A stretch of DNA of 64,000 nucleotides from assembly GCF_021028975.2 (NCBI RefSeq), contig NC_059431.1:53878001-53942000 (forward strand). The letters are read 5' to 3'. The stretch's first letter is position 1; each line of letters opens with the position of its first letter. This DNA comes from Sphaerodactylus townsendi (lineage: Eukaryota). This document shows positions 50,118 through 62,964 of the stretch, piece after piece. The notes beneath the pieces were generated by a model. The model did not search any database and was not told where the DNA came from. It saw nothing but the letters and a program-made list of their open reading frames with translations. The translations under genes and the position numbers were made by a program.

Positions 50118-50189
<72 letters not shown>

Positions 50190-50204
50190 AACAACAACAA
50201 CAAC
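50118..50204. repeat. (ATG)n microsatellite followed by (AAC)n
   Basis: ~23 perfect ATG units; this run produces the poly-Met and poly-His ORFs in the ORF track. Confidence 0.95.
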
Positions 50205-51420
50205 CCCAGAGGGCTCAGGGTTAAAAACATGGTTATGGACACTAGTCACAGTAAAAACATGGTTATGGACACTAATATAATTAACATCTGCTGTGAGCCT
50301 TGTTTCTTAAGGAAATGTTTAGTTTGCAGGTATTCTATAATTTTCTTCCTTCTATACACTTTCAGTTGCTCAACCCCCCTACTCTCATGTTCAATGACTA
50401 CTAAAACATAGAAGCATTTGAATTAAAATAAGGAATTCCTGTTGTGTATAAAAAAGAAGCCATTATTTGCCAGCTGATTTGGGAGGATTAGATTTATCCT
50501 GGATACATCCAGGAATATATTTTCCTCAAATAGGTTATTAGAATGATCTGTAACTGGATCTCCCAGTGTTTGCAGCTTAAACTTTTTGTGTAATAAGGGA
50601 GGGGCACAGTGCTTGAGCATCTGTTTTGCATACAAAACTTTCCAAATTCAACCCCCCTCATCTCTTGTTAAAATAAAATCAGATATTAGGTGATTTAAAA
50701 AATCTCCACCTGAAATTCTGGAGAGCCTCTGCCAGAGTAAACAGTACTGACCTGGACAGACCTCGAGTCTGACTCACTATAGGGCAGCCATGTCTTCATG
50801 ACAGTTTTAAAAGCTGTTGATTTGGATTTGATACACATGGGTGGGAGGGGGATTAAGTCCTTCACCAAGGATCTTTTCCCAAAAAAGATTGCCTCACTCT
50901 ACAGATAGTACTTGTCCCATCAGGAAAAACAATAAGCATCCATACTGTGCTTTCATTTTTCCTAGTTGGAACTACAGCATGTTTGGGACTTTGATTTATA
51001 TCAAGGAGATGCTAATGGCTGCTTTTGAAAGCTAAACCTACATGTCTGTATAACCAATGCAAAATGCCATTTGCAGCTTATAAAAGAAGTGCATTATAGA
51101 AAAACCACTGGTCACAGGGTGCTTCATGTTTGTTAGGTCTAGCTTTGGATGTTTGTGCATCCTGAATGAAAACTTGGCTCTAAATACATCCTGATCTCAC
51201 ATCAAACTTCCTTCCATTTTTTAAAAAACTTTACTACTAAGTACCCACTGTCTCAAGATGTGGCTGAACTTTGAGACACCCTTGGCTGCACATGCATTAT
51301 TCCCCTAGCCTTCTAGTCAACTTCCATCCACATTATGTTTCGTTTCCTCAGTCTCCTGGCTCCTTCTCTTTGTTCCTCTCATTCTTGCATGCTGTTTCTC
51401 CCATATCGCATACCTCTAGC

Positions 51421-51454
51421 AAATCAAATCAAATCAAATCAAATCAAATCAAAT
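51421..51454. repeat. (AAATC)n microsatellite
   Basis: Six perfect units. Confidence 0.95.
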
Positions 51455-54400
51455 GACCTTTATTGGCATGTGATACCTCTAGCATTTCAATATTAATTCT
51501 GAAATTATACTATGTTCAATTTGTAACACCCTTCAATTTCTTGAGTAACACTGTATCTTCCCTTTCCCCTGTTAGTGATGTACACTTGTGTACTTTTAGA
51601 AAACACTGCTAAAAAGCAATCCTGATGTGATTGTATAGCTGCATTATTTTTGTGTAGTGTTTTATCAATATGTTCACTGATTAAAAAATCATCCAAAAAA
51701 GAATCTTGATGCAGCCATACATCCAACTATTTCAAGATTGCTTTTTAATAATGTTTTATCAATGCACCTGTTTATATAGCATTGGCAGAGGGAGAAAAAC
51801 ACAGATGACCTGATAGAACTGTGAGCTGTGTCAGCATAGCATTCTGTACAAAATTTAGAAATAAAAATGGAATGAAAAATTACTAATTAGATCCATTTCT
51901 GGAAGAAAAGTTAACAAGACTTAAAAGCACTCCTAACTGTAACAACTTTCATTTGGGGGGAAACAAAAAAACCTGACTGGGGCTGATGTTGCACTTTCTA
52001 AATGCTCCGTGGCTTAGCCAGGGAGCATACCTGCTGTGGGGCTTCTCACCCTGCTTGTAGTTCCCCACTCCTTCCTTCACTTGAGTCAAGGTCGGTGAGG
52101 GAAGCTCCAAATGATTCACCATGAGCCCGAGGCTTTCCCATAAGCACCACAAGCTCTTCCATAGTCTCTTTCACGCAGGAGAGGGCAGCCTGTTTCCTGC
52201 AATTGGATTGGCTGAATCTTGCCCCATTCCTCCCACTCATTCACTGTTTTAGTTGAACACAAAACAGATGCTGAGAATCAGTGCCCTCACACACACACCC
52301 CATCTAAAATCCTTGCATGTTCGACGGGATTACCATCCTCTACCTCCCCATCTAAAATGTAAATCCCAAATTCCTTGCATGTGCGATGGAATTGCCGTCC
52401 TCAAACCCCCCCTCCGTCTAAAATGTACATCTAAAATCCTTCCGTGTGTGAGAGAATCGCTACCCTCCTGTTCGCGGTGCCTGCACAAGCCGCTTTTCTG
52501 CCCAAGGTTTCTTACTCCTTTCTAAAAACCAAGGTTTCTCCCTCCATTTTTTCACTGCGGGGGGGGGGGGGGGGCGCTGCTTCTCAGTGCCTGTCCATTG
52601 GTAGGGCGGGCCAGAGCGATGAGGCGGGACAACTGGCCCCATTTCTGCAACGGAGGAGTTTTGCCTACGGCAGTGGAAGCTTCCAGAGCAACAAATGGGC
52701 ATTTCAAAAGGACCTTTGCGGTTCAGAAAATTTGCCGAGCAAAGCCATTGCCACGGGGCAGTTCCAGGGCAGAAATGTGGCAGCCACATTTCAGGACCGG
52801 GAGCTGTGCAAAACTCCCGATTGAATCGGGGCATTCCCCGTGCCAATCAAGGGGCAATTTCCATGCACAAAATCAGCCTGGTTGTTTGCCTCTCCCACCC
52901 AGAAAGTTCCTGGTGGGCCAATGGGGACCAGGAGCAAAATTACCTCTGCAGAGATCACAGCTTTGCTTGCTCCAGATCTGTTTTAACATCATGATCTTCC
53001 CCTGTCAGTAGTGAAATGGACATTGAGTGGTTGTGCAAAGGTGCTAACTTGAAAAGCTAATGGAGAATTGCCTAAGTTATGGAAGAAAAGTTTTTTAAAA
53101 CCCCTTTGCTATATCAAAGCAATACATTGAAGCCATTTTGTATCTGCAGAGAACAGTTCTGTCGCTCCTTCAATACAAAACAGAGCTGACTAAATCATAG
53201 CAATATTTGGTATAAAACGAAATGCAGATTAGAACAACTTTATTACCTGATAGATCAAATGTGCACATGTCATAGTTAATATAACATTTACTGAAACAAA
53301 TAAACCAGGAAATGAATGGAATTAATCATTGAACAAGCAAACTTGCTGGCAAAAGACAAACCTCCTGTTCCTCATATTCACTCAGATTTAGCAAGGGAGT
53401 ATTCTACATAGAACTGGATATGAGAACAGCTGTTCTGCTTCAATATGAACAAAGAACCAATATTCTTAGCAACAATGCTTTGAATAGATCAATTTGGTGT
53501 AGGGCTTATCCTCTTGCTAGACACTGTAATATCAAGGGCTTTTTAAAAAAAACCCTGCCACCTTGTGCTCAATGTTTGTGAACATGTGCAGAATCCTCCC
53601 TTTCTCCCACTGAGGGGAACAAAGAACCTAAAAACAAAATGGTTCTGAAAACTTGCTCTGCTTCCATGTCCTGCTTCACTCTGATTCATTAAACTGGAGG
53701 CAGTCTTCATATTAAAGTAAAAATGATGACTTAGTGGTAGAATATCTGAGGCTCCAGGTTCAATCCCTGGCATATCTTGTTATAAGAATCAATTGGTAGG
53801 TCATGTGAAAGCACTGCCATAGAGACAAACTAGACATTATGTTTTTTCACTTGTCCATACTTGTTTTCCTGTATTCCCCACAGTCAGACAGCAGCTGCAA
53901 GGAATGCTTCTTAAAAAATAAAGTACACTCAAATGCTTTGGCCCTCAGTAGGCTCCCTATCCCCCAAGTGGAATATTAAACAATTGTGGGTATTATCAGG
54001 GCCCACGCTCTTAATATAGTACTTCCACAAAATGGCAGAGCTGCTCTCCAAGCTTTATTCTGCTATTTATGGGGATGCATTTTGTCTAAGTGCAGCATTT
54101 TTTGATAAAAACCTAATTTCCTCATGTCTGCTACTTTTATTCTTTAGGGCACAGATTTCATTGTTGTTGCTACATTCCAAAAATGCCTATGATTGGCAGT
54201 CTTCTACTATTGTTAACAGTAATGTTTAACTAGCACATTGTGAGCTAATGGGGTGTAGTAACTGAAGTGATAGATGAAGACTGTGGAGGCTTGGATTCCA
54301 GTCACAACCTTTTAGCCTACCTTTCCTTACAGTGTTGATGTGAGAATAAAATGTGATGAGAGTGGAGGTATAACATCCTAAGCTTTTTGGAGGAATATTG

Positions 54401-54864
54401 GGATAGAAATCTAATAAAAAGTGAAATGGAAGCATATTGCTTTAACTTCATGGCACAGTGTGGATGTGAACCTGGATACCCTAGATCCTAGTCCAGCATC
54501 GTAACCACTATCATATTGCAACTGGATATTACAAGTGTGGAGGTTTTGGGGTTTTTTGCAAAATGCCAATAAAAGACCACAGGTTGCTAGTATTCCAAGG
54601 GTCTTTGCTGCAAACTTGTAATAGTTTTCCATCCCTAGTTTGATATCAGTTCAGTGTTCCTCAAAAAATTGTAGTTCAATGAGGGTGTTGATAATTGCTA
54701 CCATGTTCCCACAATGGCTGTTCCCAGGGTTACCCAAGGATAAAGAAAGACTATTGTACTAGTTTGCAGCTAATTATGAAGGTCCTGCTACATCAGTATT
54801 GTATTGTAGTCTTAGAATGCTGGCTATGATTTCACTGCAGAATTATTACTTTAAAGGAGATGGG

Positions 54865-55184
54865 AGCACAGCAACAGTACTGTTGCTGCTGCAGGGAATG
54901 CAAATGTGAATCACTCCCTGGACTGAAAACCCCCACCCACAATATAATACAGTCAACCACACCTTTGCGTAGCACGTTCCACCCAAACACTTACTGATTG
55001 GTTCCCCACCCTGGGACATGGACAATATATACCCCACTAAAAACATTCCCTTCTCACTGAACGCAGCATGTAACAGGCTTCTCTCTGTGATACACCTTTG
55101 AAGATGCCAGCCACAGATGCAGGCGAAATGTTAGGAACAAGATCTACCAGACCACGGCTACACAGCCCAGAAAACCCACCACAC
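54865..55184 (+). mobile_element. Penelope-like element terminal repeat with a hammerhead motif (55095-55136, core C>T)
   Basis: Homologous to 30992-31109 and 56174-56296; reads cct-TTGAAGA-tgcc...ggc-GAAA-tgtt-agg. Left boundary approximate. Confidence 0.75.
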
Positions 55185-56178
55185 TGACATTGGGAAATGT
55201 AGTTGGGATGTTCTGGAGGCTAAATTTAGGCTGGCAGCCAAGGTAACAGGTTGAAGTCCAGGATCCCCAAGGTGGAATTCTCAGAAATGTTACCTGTTCC
55301 ACGTGCAGGGCGAGCTAGGCAAGCGGAGATATAGGTTCTCAATGCATGGGTGAGAAGGTGGTGTAAGGTAAAGGGTTTCAGATTTGTCAGGAACTGGGGA
55401 ACCTTTTGGGACAAGGAAATCTGTATAAAAGGGACGGGCTTCTTCTCAACTCAAAAGGAACCAGGCTGCTGGCGCTCAACATTAAAAAGGTGGCAGAACA
55501 GCTTTTAAACTGATCCCTGGGGGAAAGTTGACAGGAGCAGGGGTGACTTTGGTTCAGAATACAGTATCTATGGGGATGTAGACAGAGAGGGAGGTTTTTT
55601 AAAATCAACCACATACAAGCATAGCAATGTGCATATGATAAGTGATAGTGTCTACAAAGGGCTAGAGGGCAAAGCACATAAATCTCAGGTTAGGGACAGG
55701 GCATACAGGTGTCTCTATGCTAATAGTAGAAGCCGACCTAAAATGGGGGAGCTGTAGTACAGGGTTTTGAAGGAGGACATTGATATAGTGAGCATCACAG
55801 AAACATGTTGGAATGAGGAGAACCAGTGGGATGCTTTGATCCCAGGTTACATGCACTACAGGAAGGATAGGACAGGGCCTATCAGGGTGGTGTTGCCTTC
55901 TATGTCAAAGAGAGCATAGTGTCACATAAAATAGACTATGCAAGGGCAGCTTCCTACAGAAGCACTGTGGATATCAATACCAGGTGTGAAGTATAGTCAA
56001 ATATCTGGAATATATTATTGTCCCCGACCAAAGCGCACAGGAGGATTCTGAGATGGAAAAAGAAATTAGAGAGTCCATCAAAAGCAAAAACGTAGAGGTA
56101 ATGGGTGATTACAACTATTCCCACATAAACTGGAAAAAATGCATGATCAGGTCATAGTAGGAGAGAGCATTCCTGGAC
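55185..56178 (+). mobile_element. Internal CR1 LINE fragment: ORF1 esterase C-terminus + ORF2 APE endonuclease N-terminus
   Basis: ORF1 remnant DIGKCSWDVLEAKF...FSEMLPVPRAG...LNAWVRRWC..GFRFVRNWGTFW..LYKRDGLLLNSKGTRLLA..LLN* (stop 55511-55513). ORF2 remnant CLYANSRS..DIVSITETCW..GY..YRKDR..GVAFYVKE..VMGDYNYSHINW..AFLD. Confidence 0.85.
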
Positions 56179-56296
56179 AGTATATACCCGAATAAAAACA
56201 TTCCCTTCTCACTGGACACAGTGTGTAACAGACTTCTCTCTGTGACACACCTCTGAAGATGCCAGGGACAGATGCAGGCAAAACATTAGGAACAAT
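56174..56296 (+). mobile_element. Penelope-like element terminal repeat with a hammerhead motif (56250-56291, GAAA>AAAA)
   Basis: Direct repeat of 55019-55140. Confidence 0.75.
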
Positions 56297-57519
56297 GTAT
56301 TACCCTAGCAAATGGAGGGGTGTGTATTATTGGGGAAGGGTTTTGTGCAGAATAGGTCCACCCTCGGACAGCAACTGGTTACGCATTAAGAAATTTCACC
56401 TTCCAGAGAAATTAGCTTTGACCAGTTCCCAAGATGACTGTGTTTGCAGTCATCTAACAAGATGATTTAAACATAAAATAACTGACTTGCATTAGAAGAC
56501 ACAGTTGTCAAACCTCTGATCCTTTCATTGTAACTATCATAAAATATATTGTTTATTGTTTCTTCTTAAATATAGGCTCCTTTTCTCCAAGCTTATTAAA
56601 CTTTAATTTTTCAATTTGCAAACACGCCTCCAGAAAATTTATACTAATGTATAAATTACTAATGTACAAATTTCCCCTAGGGGGAACAGAAATTGTTTCT
56701 ACAAATGATTGTTTCAAAACATATACTTTGCTGTTTTATATTCCAAAGGCTCAATTAGAAATTTAATAATTCCAGATAGAAAATTTCTCTTGCTTCCATA
56801 CCTATCCTGTAGGTGGAGCTGAGTGTTGTTATGAGCATATATATTTAATTTCTAAATGGATTCAATTTGGTTTTCATTCTCACTTATTTTTTAATTGGTT
56901 TCGGAATTAATTGTAGTGAAAAAAACCTTGAAAATCTGAAGCCCTAGAAGCACAACGCTTTTCTTTGTTTCATTTATCAGAACAAATTTTATTAACAAGG
57001 AGAAGGAATAAGCCATAAGTTGAGAAAAAATGAAAGTTCCACAAGTCATCAAAGGGCCAAACTACACATTAATTTATATCTTTTTGCTATGCAAACCCAA
57101 ATCTCTTCCTCCTTCTGGCTGTTTATGCTGTTTATGCTGTGAGGGAGAAAAAAGAGTAAAAGTACCCTTTATCTCCTGCAGGGAAAAATGGCACCTTAGG
57201 AGAAATGGGGCAGCAAGGGAGAAAGAGTTAAGCTCTCATCCTTTTGCTGATGCAAGCAAATTCACAGCATTCCATCAGTACATTTCATTTCAAGTGAAGC
57301 TAAAATATCCAGTCATAGCTCTCTCTCATAATATATTGTTGGTTGTAAGATTGTCTCCTTTTTATTCAGCCCTTTTGTTGTGGAAAAAAAGCAAACTTTG
57401 TGGAGAGCTGTTGGACATTAATAGGCATATATTGCTTTGCCCAGAATTGTTCTCCACAGCCAAACTAAAAACAATTGTTGCCTATTTGAGAGATCTATCT
57501 GTTGAAAGTCCTAACTGCG

Positions 57520-58690
57520 AGGATCAGGTGGGAGGACCAGGCCTTCCATCAGTGTCCGCTTCATTGCGGTGTGCCCCACTGTCCCCGCAGTTGTTTAACA
57601 TCTACATGTGACCCCTTGCTCAGCTGGTGCGGAGTTTTAGACTGATCTGTCACCAGTATGCTGATGACAGTCAGCTCATTCTGTTGATGGGGGGGCAGCC
57701 ACTGCCCCTGCGGCTCTACAGCATTGTTTGGAGGCAGTTGCTGGGTGGTTGAAGCAGAGCAGGTTAAAACTTAATCCAACGAAGACGGAGGTCCTTTGAC
57801 TGGGCCGTGAAGGGGGGGATTGAGGATTTTCAGCTGCCAGTGTTGGAAGGGGTCTCTTTGACATTGAACCTCTTCGGCTCGCAACCTGGGTCCACCTGGA
57901 TTCGTCTCTCTCAATGGAGACCCAGGTAGCACTTGTAAGCCGGGTTGCTTTTTTTCATTTTCGCCAGGCCCAGCAGCTGGCCCCTTATCTCTCCCAAACT
58001 GACCTGGCCACTGTGGTCACCTCCAAGTTAGACTATTGTAACTCACTCTACATGGGCCTTTCCTTGCAGCTGATCTTGAAACTGAAGCTGGTCCAGAATG
58101 CAGCGGCCCGCCTTCTTACAGGTGGTTCGGACAGGAATCATATCATCCCTGTGCTGTGCCACCTGCACTGGCTCCCAGTGGAATTCCAGATCATCTTCAA
58201 GGTGTTGGAACTGACCATTAAGGCCCTTTACATCCTGGGGCCCTTATACCTTCGAGACTGCCTTACCCCATATGTCCTGACTCTGTTTGGCAGAAGTGAA
58301 TTTGCTGGTGGTCCCCTGCTTTTATGCTTTTATGGCCCTGGCCCCAGCCTGGTGGAATGCTCTTTCTCAAGAAGTTAGGGCCCTGTGGGACCTTGGCGAG
58401 TACCTCAGGGCCTGCAAAACTGGGCTGTTCCACCGGGCTTTTGGGGAGGCTGGCTGCTGAGTTCCACCCCTTTCTGATGCCCATGTACCACCAGTTTATT
58501 TTCTGCAATTTGCTAACCCCTTCCTGGGGTTAGGACCGTATGCCATCCATCAATTTGAGGGTGGGATGTACTGTTGCTACTGTTTTAACTGGATTTTATG
58601 GATTTTAATGATGTTATTCGATTTGTTTTGTATACTGTTATTTATTGTCTTCTGTTTATCTTGTACACTGCTCTGAGCCCTTTGGGGATA
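57520..58690 (+). mobile_element. L2-clade LINE, 5'-truncated (RT end, C-terminal domain, 3' UTR)
   Basis: LSPQLFNIYM, HQYADDSQL, WLKQSRLKLNPTKTEVL, SKLDYCNSLY.GL...KLVQNAAARLLTG..HI.PVL..LHWLPV. Confidence 0.9.
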
Positions 58691-58849
58691 NNNNNNNNNN
58701 NNNNNNNNNNNNNNNNNNNNNNNNNNNNNNNNNNNNNNNNNNNNNNNNNNNNNNNNNNNNNNNNNNNNNNNNNNNNNNNNNNNNNNNNNNNNNNNNNNNN
58801 NNNNNNNNNNNNNNNNNNNNNNNNNNNNNNNNNNNNNNNNNNNNNNNNN
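58691..58849. other. Assembly gap
   Basis: Run of N. Confidence 1.
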
Positions 58850-60293
58850 AGGATTGCACTGCAAATATAGCAGCTGACTGCGGGTAATAAAACACAAATG
58901 TATATGATTAGGATATGGAGATAGTCAAAAGTTCCAGTTATGTCTGGCACTATTGTCCTTAGCTGCAGAGAAAAGATTTCCAAATATTTCAGTTGCTATA
59001 TATATATTTCTTTTAATATAGGCTTTATGTATTTCACAGACTTTTCTCTGTCTTAAAGAGATGACAGCATTTATTGAGTACATTTTATGTCATTCTTTTT
59101 CCAAGGAGCTCAGGCCAATATATATCATTCTTTACTGTCTATTTTGTGCTCAAAACAATTCTGTGAGGTAGGTTATGTTGAGAGAGAGTGACTGGCCCAA
59201 GATAAACTCTTCAGTGCATATATGCAGTTCTGAAAAACTGTTTATTGTCACATTTAAAATTAACTTTAGCTGCATCAGCTTAGGGTATTTATCAATTTAT
59301 TATGTCAAAAAGGAATCAAAAGGCACAATAACAAACTATAATTCCCTTTCAAACAGGAAAGGAATTTTGTAGCACAAACCTAAAATGCTTTCCTGATATT
59401 AAGCCCTGTTAAATAGACACCAGCAAGATTCTGAGTTGATTACCTGCTTACAATTGTTCTCTAAACCATTCAAAGAAATTATATTCAGAACTGAAAGGGG
59501 TTCTGAAAATCTTGGGAAAACATTTTTCAATTAACTATCCACATAAATGTGATTTTTTTTTTAAAAAAAAAATGATACACACAACTGAAGCACAGTGTAC
59601 TGGGACATTATTTCTCAAGGTTTCAATTGGGCAAAATTCTTTGTGGTCCAAGCATTATTTGAAATGAATAGGGCTGTTAGATAATAAGGACTAGAGGAGC
59701 TATGACCTTGTTACTTCTATTTTACACTTTTGTTCTTTTTGTCATAAGGTTTCAGCTATTCACCAGAAATGAGCCTTCAGTCATCATAAGAGTAACTGGT
59801 TGAATCATTAATTTGTCTTCATTTTCTAAAGAGATGGGTGTCTTTATTTTAGATATGAAATATTTAACATAGTAACTAGACATTCATCCAGTTTCTATGC
59901 CCTACATTTAGGTCGTCTTTGCTTTTATGTTGTTTTATATTTTGTGGGAAACCATATTTGGGAAACTAGGGGTTCCCATGTGGGAACTGGAGAACACCCA
60001 AAATTATAATTGCTCTCTCGATGACAAAGACCAGTTCTCCTGGAGAAAATGGCTGCTTTGGAGGGTGGACTCTATGGCATCACATAATGTCAAGGTTGCT
60101 TCTCCCCCTCCACCCCCCCTTCCACAATTCTACCCCCATGTCTCCAGGAATTTTCAAACCTTGAGCTATCAACCATCAGGACTGACTTTCTGTCTATACT
60201 TTGGAGGAGCTGAACATTCTCTGTAGGGACAGTGGAACCCACCAGAGGTTTCTTCAGGTCTGGGGGCTACCTCAGAACTAACTTGCCACCTCC

Positions 60294-60769
60294 CAGGGAT
60301 GTAGGTATAGATTTTTATGGGGGGGTTCAGGGGTGGGGCCACACCCCCACCCGCCCCTAGGGCATGGCCACGCCTCCCCAAGCCCCGCCCCTGGCCTAGT
60401 GCTTATAAAAGCAGCTCTCCAAGGTCGGGGATGGCAGACTCCCCTGCCCTGCCCTGCCCTGCCCTGCCCTGCCCTGCCCTGCCCTGCCCTGCCCTGCCCT
60501 GCCCCCCCCCTCCGCTCTGGGCAGAGGCATAGAGGGAAAATGGAGCTTGGTGCAAAATCTGAGTTTTGCGCCCCCCCTCCAGGCAGCTGCTGTGATGCTG
60601 GAATCCACCCCCAAACAGCATCACTTTCAATGGTGTTTAAACTAGAGAGCCTAAATTCTCCTTTTAAATCCACCTTAAAGGGAGAATCTGGGGTCCCTAG
60701 TTAAACAACATTGAAAGTGATGCTGTTTTGGGGTGGATTATCCCCCACCCTGAAAAAGCATCACTTTCA
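60294..60769. mobile_element. hAT-like non-autonomous element fragment containing a (GCCCT)n microsatellite
   Basis: Inverted copy of 16430-17004; (gccct)~12 at ~60443-60503. Confidence 0.7.
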
Positions 60770-60875
60770 GTGTGGCGTAGTGGTTAAGAGCAGGTGCATT
60801 CTAATCTGGAGGAACCGGGTTTGATTCCCTGCTCTGCCACTTGAGCTGTGGAGGCTTATCTGGGGAATTCAGCCT
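60769..60875 (+). mobile_element. 5' part of a young tRNA-derived SINE
   Basis: A box TGGCGTAGTGG (60773-60783), B box GGTTTGATTCC (60818-60828). Same family as 37490-37771, 3'-truncated. Confidence 0.8.
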
Positions 60876-62289
60876 GTTGTAATGAACTTGCCCCACCCTG
60901 AAGGGCTGGCGTACAGCAGGCCTAATGGAGAAGGTAGATTTCATATACTTGGACTATTCAACATTAAGAAGATTAAAAAGAGATACTATTTCAGGATTTG
61001 ATGTGGCTGTGATATGCAAGGATATCACTGATTGAAAGATCTAGAGAGGTAAGAAGATCCATGCTTTAACTGTGAATGAAAGATCTCAGAAATTCTAAGA
61101 ACAAAGATCTCAGAAATTCTAAGAACAAAGTAAAGTAGATTAAACAAGAAATATTGGACTTAAAATACAAACTCTAATATAGGTTCATTTTTTGAAATTA
61201 TTCTGTGAGAAGATAAAACAGAAATAAATGTGTGTGGGAACTTATGAGATTTAGAAGATCCGAGTGGCTACTGTAAGAATATTTACAGAATAGAGAAGAT
61301 AAGCAAACCAGACACTGTGTAATTGAAACTTGAATTGCCTTCAGGTATTGGACTTCCGGTTCCGGGTTTTGGACTTCCGGTTCTGGATTGGTGCCTGCCA
61401 AACGTCTTTGGGGACACTCCGGAGAAATCCATCCCAATCCTTGAAACCCCCCAAAGGGGGAAGAAAATTCTCCACTCTATTGGTAGAGGAGAACGACAGA
61501 AACAAAGCGAGAGGAGAGCTGGCTGCAAGCAGCTTCCCCAAACCCGCTCAAAACAGCAAGCAAGGGATGGCCATTGGTATGGAGAAGGTAGCACCATAGG
61601 AGCCACCGGAGAAAAAGCGATAAAAAAACCAGAGAGCCTAAAGAGGTCCTTCAGCAAATAATAGCTAACTATAAGAAACAAAACGTATAGAAATAACGTC
61701 AACGGGAGAAAAAGAAAGCGGAGCGGTGCATAGCGGAAAAGCGGAGAGGCGGAAGAAGAGCGGCGCCTTCGATGCTTACATAATGGGTACAGCCAGATGC
61801 CAGCCACTCAAATAATAACCTAGAAGTGAAAAGAACTTTTAGGCTGACCCGTTAAGCAAACAAACAAAGGCAAATTAAAAGGTACCTTCCAAGGGTAAGT
61901 GCGCGAAGTGGAGGTGGCGAGGAGGTCTTTGTCCCAGGGGGGGTGAGACTACAGTAGAAAAGCGGCCCCTTTAAGGGAGGGACTCCCCTCGGCTACAAGT
62001 AAACATAACGCTTGCCCTGACCTGGAAGTGCCTAAATTAAACCAATAAACAGCTGCAGAACAACAGGAAGTATTTGCACAGCTAACCAATGTGGTGCAAA
62101 CAGGAAGAAGAAATCACTCAGATAGGCGACGGAGAGTGAATGAGCAATGGAGCCTAAACCAGGAAGTAACGTAAATGGGTGTAAAAAACAAAAAGCTGCG
62201 ACCTGAGCAACTCAACTTGCGGTTTTGATATGAAACTGGCAACTGACCATATTTAATTTCCTGGAAACAGACAAATAAAGGACAAAGCA

Positions 62290-62936
62290 ACTAAGTTGAT
62301 GACTCATTAAACCAAATTAAAAAAGCATTAAAGGAAAATGCAGAACACATCGAAGAAGTAGATGGTAAAATGGAGACAATAAAAGAACAACAGGAAAGGC
62401 AGTCTGACTACATGGCCATGGTCGAATACAGGCAAAAAGAGACATACTTAAGAATCAGGGGTTTCCCAGAAGTCGAGAATGAAAGATTGGTAGAACGATT
62501 ACTGCCAATTTTGGGAAACGTCTGGGGATTGGGAGAGGACGATGCCAGCAAAGAAATCGACAGAGTATACCGAGTGAACTCAAGAATTGCGAAAGATAAA
62601 AAATTACCAAGAGACATAGTCATCAACTTCGTGAGGAAATGTATGCGAGATGAAATACTGCGCTTTCATTCAGCATATAAGTTACAAGTCGACGGAATAA
62701 TTTTGATTGTATTAAAAGAAATACCTGTCTCAATCAGACAAAAACGTAAGGACTATGCTGAATTGGTAGAGCTGCTCCACATGAACAAAGTGAACTTCAG
62801 ATGGAACATACCTGAAGGACTCTTTTTCCAATTCAACGACAAAAACTACAATATCCACAGTGTAACCAAGGCTTAGGAATTCATCTCTAAGAACAAGAAA
62901 CACCTGAAAGCCTTAGACCAATAAGGGAAGGGGTAA
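62290..62936 (+). pseudogene. L1 ORF1 (coiled coil + RRM + CTD), disrupted
   Basis: LRIRGFPE, EIDRVYRV, PRDIVINF, VLKEIP...RK.Y, FRWNIPEGL motifs; premature stop at 62874-62876. Confidence 0.88.
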
Positions 62937-62964
62937 GCATCTAAGCACTAAAACAGTATAAAAA

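Noticed and set aside
50001-50411. 136-aa ORF with a poly-Met tract (poly-His on the other strand)
   Set aside because: Artefact of the (ATG)n microsatellite; no splice or homology support.
52050-52950. Cluster of 100-137-aa ORFs in a GC-rich patch
   Set aside because: Overlapping ORFs on both strands without domains; probably an unclassified repeat whose ends I could not define.
57030-57611. 193-aa ORF, the longest in the track
   Set aside because: No recognisable domain except the last residues, which run into the L2 RT remnant; chance open frame.
5000-60000. Exons of the next syntenic gene (TMEM232 in mammals) or another host gene
   Set aside because: I could not recognise any convincing spliceable coding exon. 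Short divergent exons could be missed without a tBLASTn search.
60278-60704. Overlapping ORFs with PALPC / GQGRA repeats
   Set aside because: Translation of the (GCCCT)n microsatellite within a non-autonomous transposon.
60769-60845. Possible tRNA gene (A and B boxes)
   Set aside because: Continues into a SINE body shared with 37490-37771; no complete acceptor stem or oligo-T terminator.
61283-61807. 174-aa antisense ORF in the L1 5' region (ORF0-like?)
   Set aside because: Low-complexity Leu/Phe-rich frame expected from the antisense of A-rich L1 sequence; no motif support.
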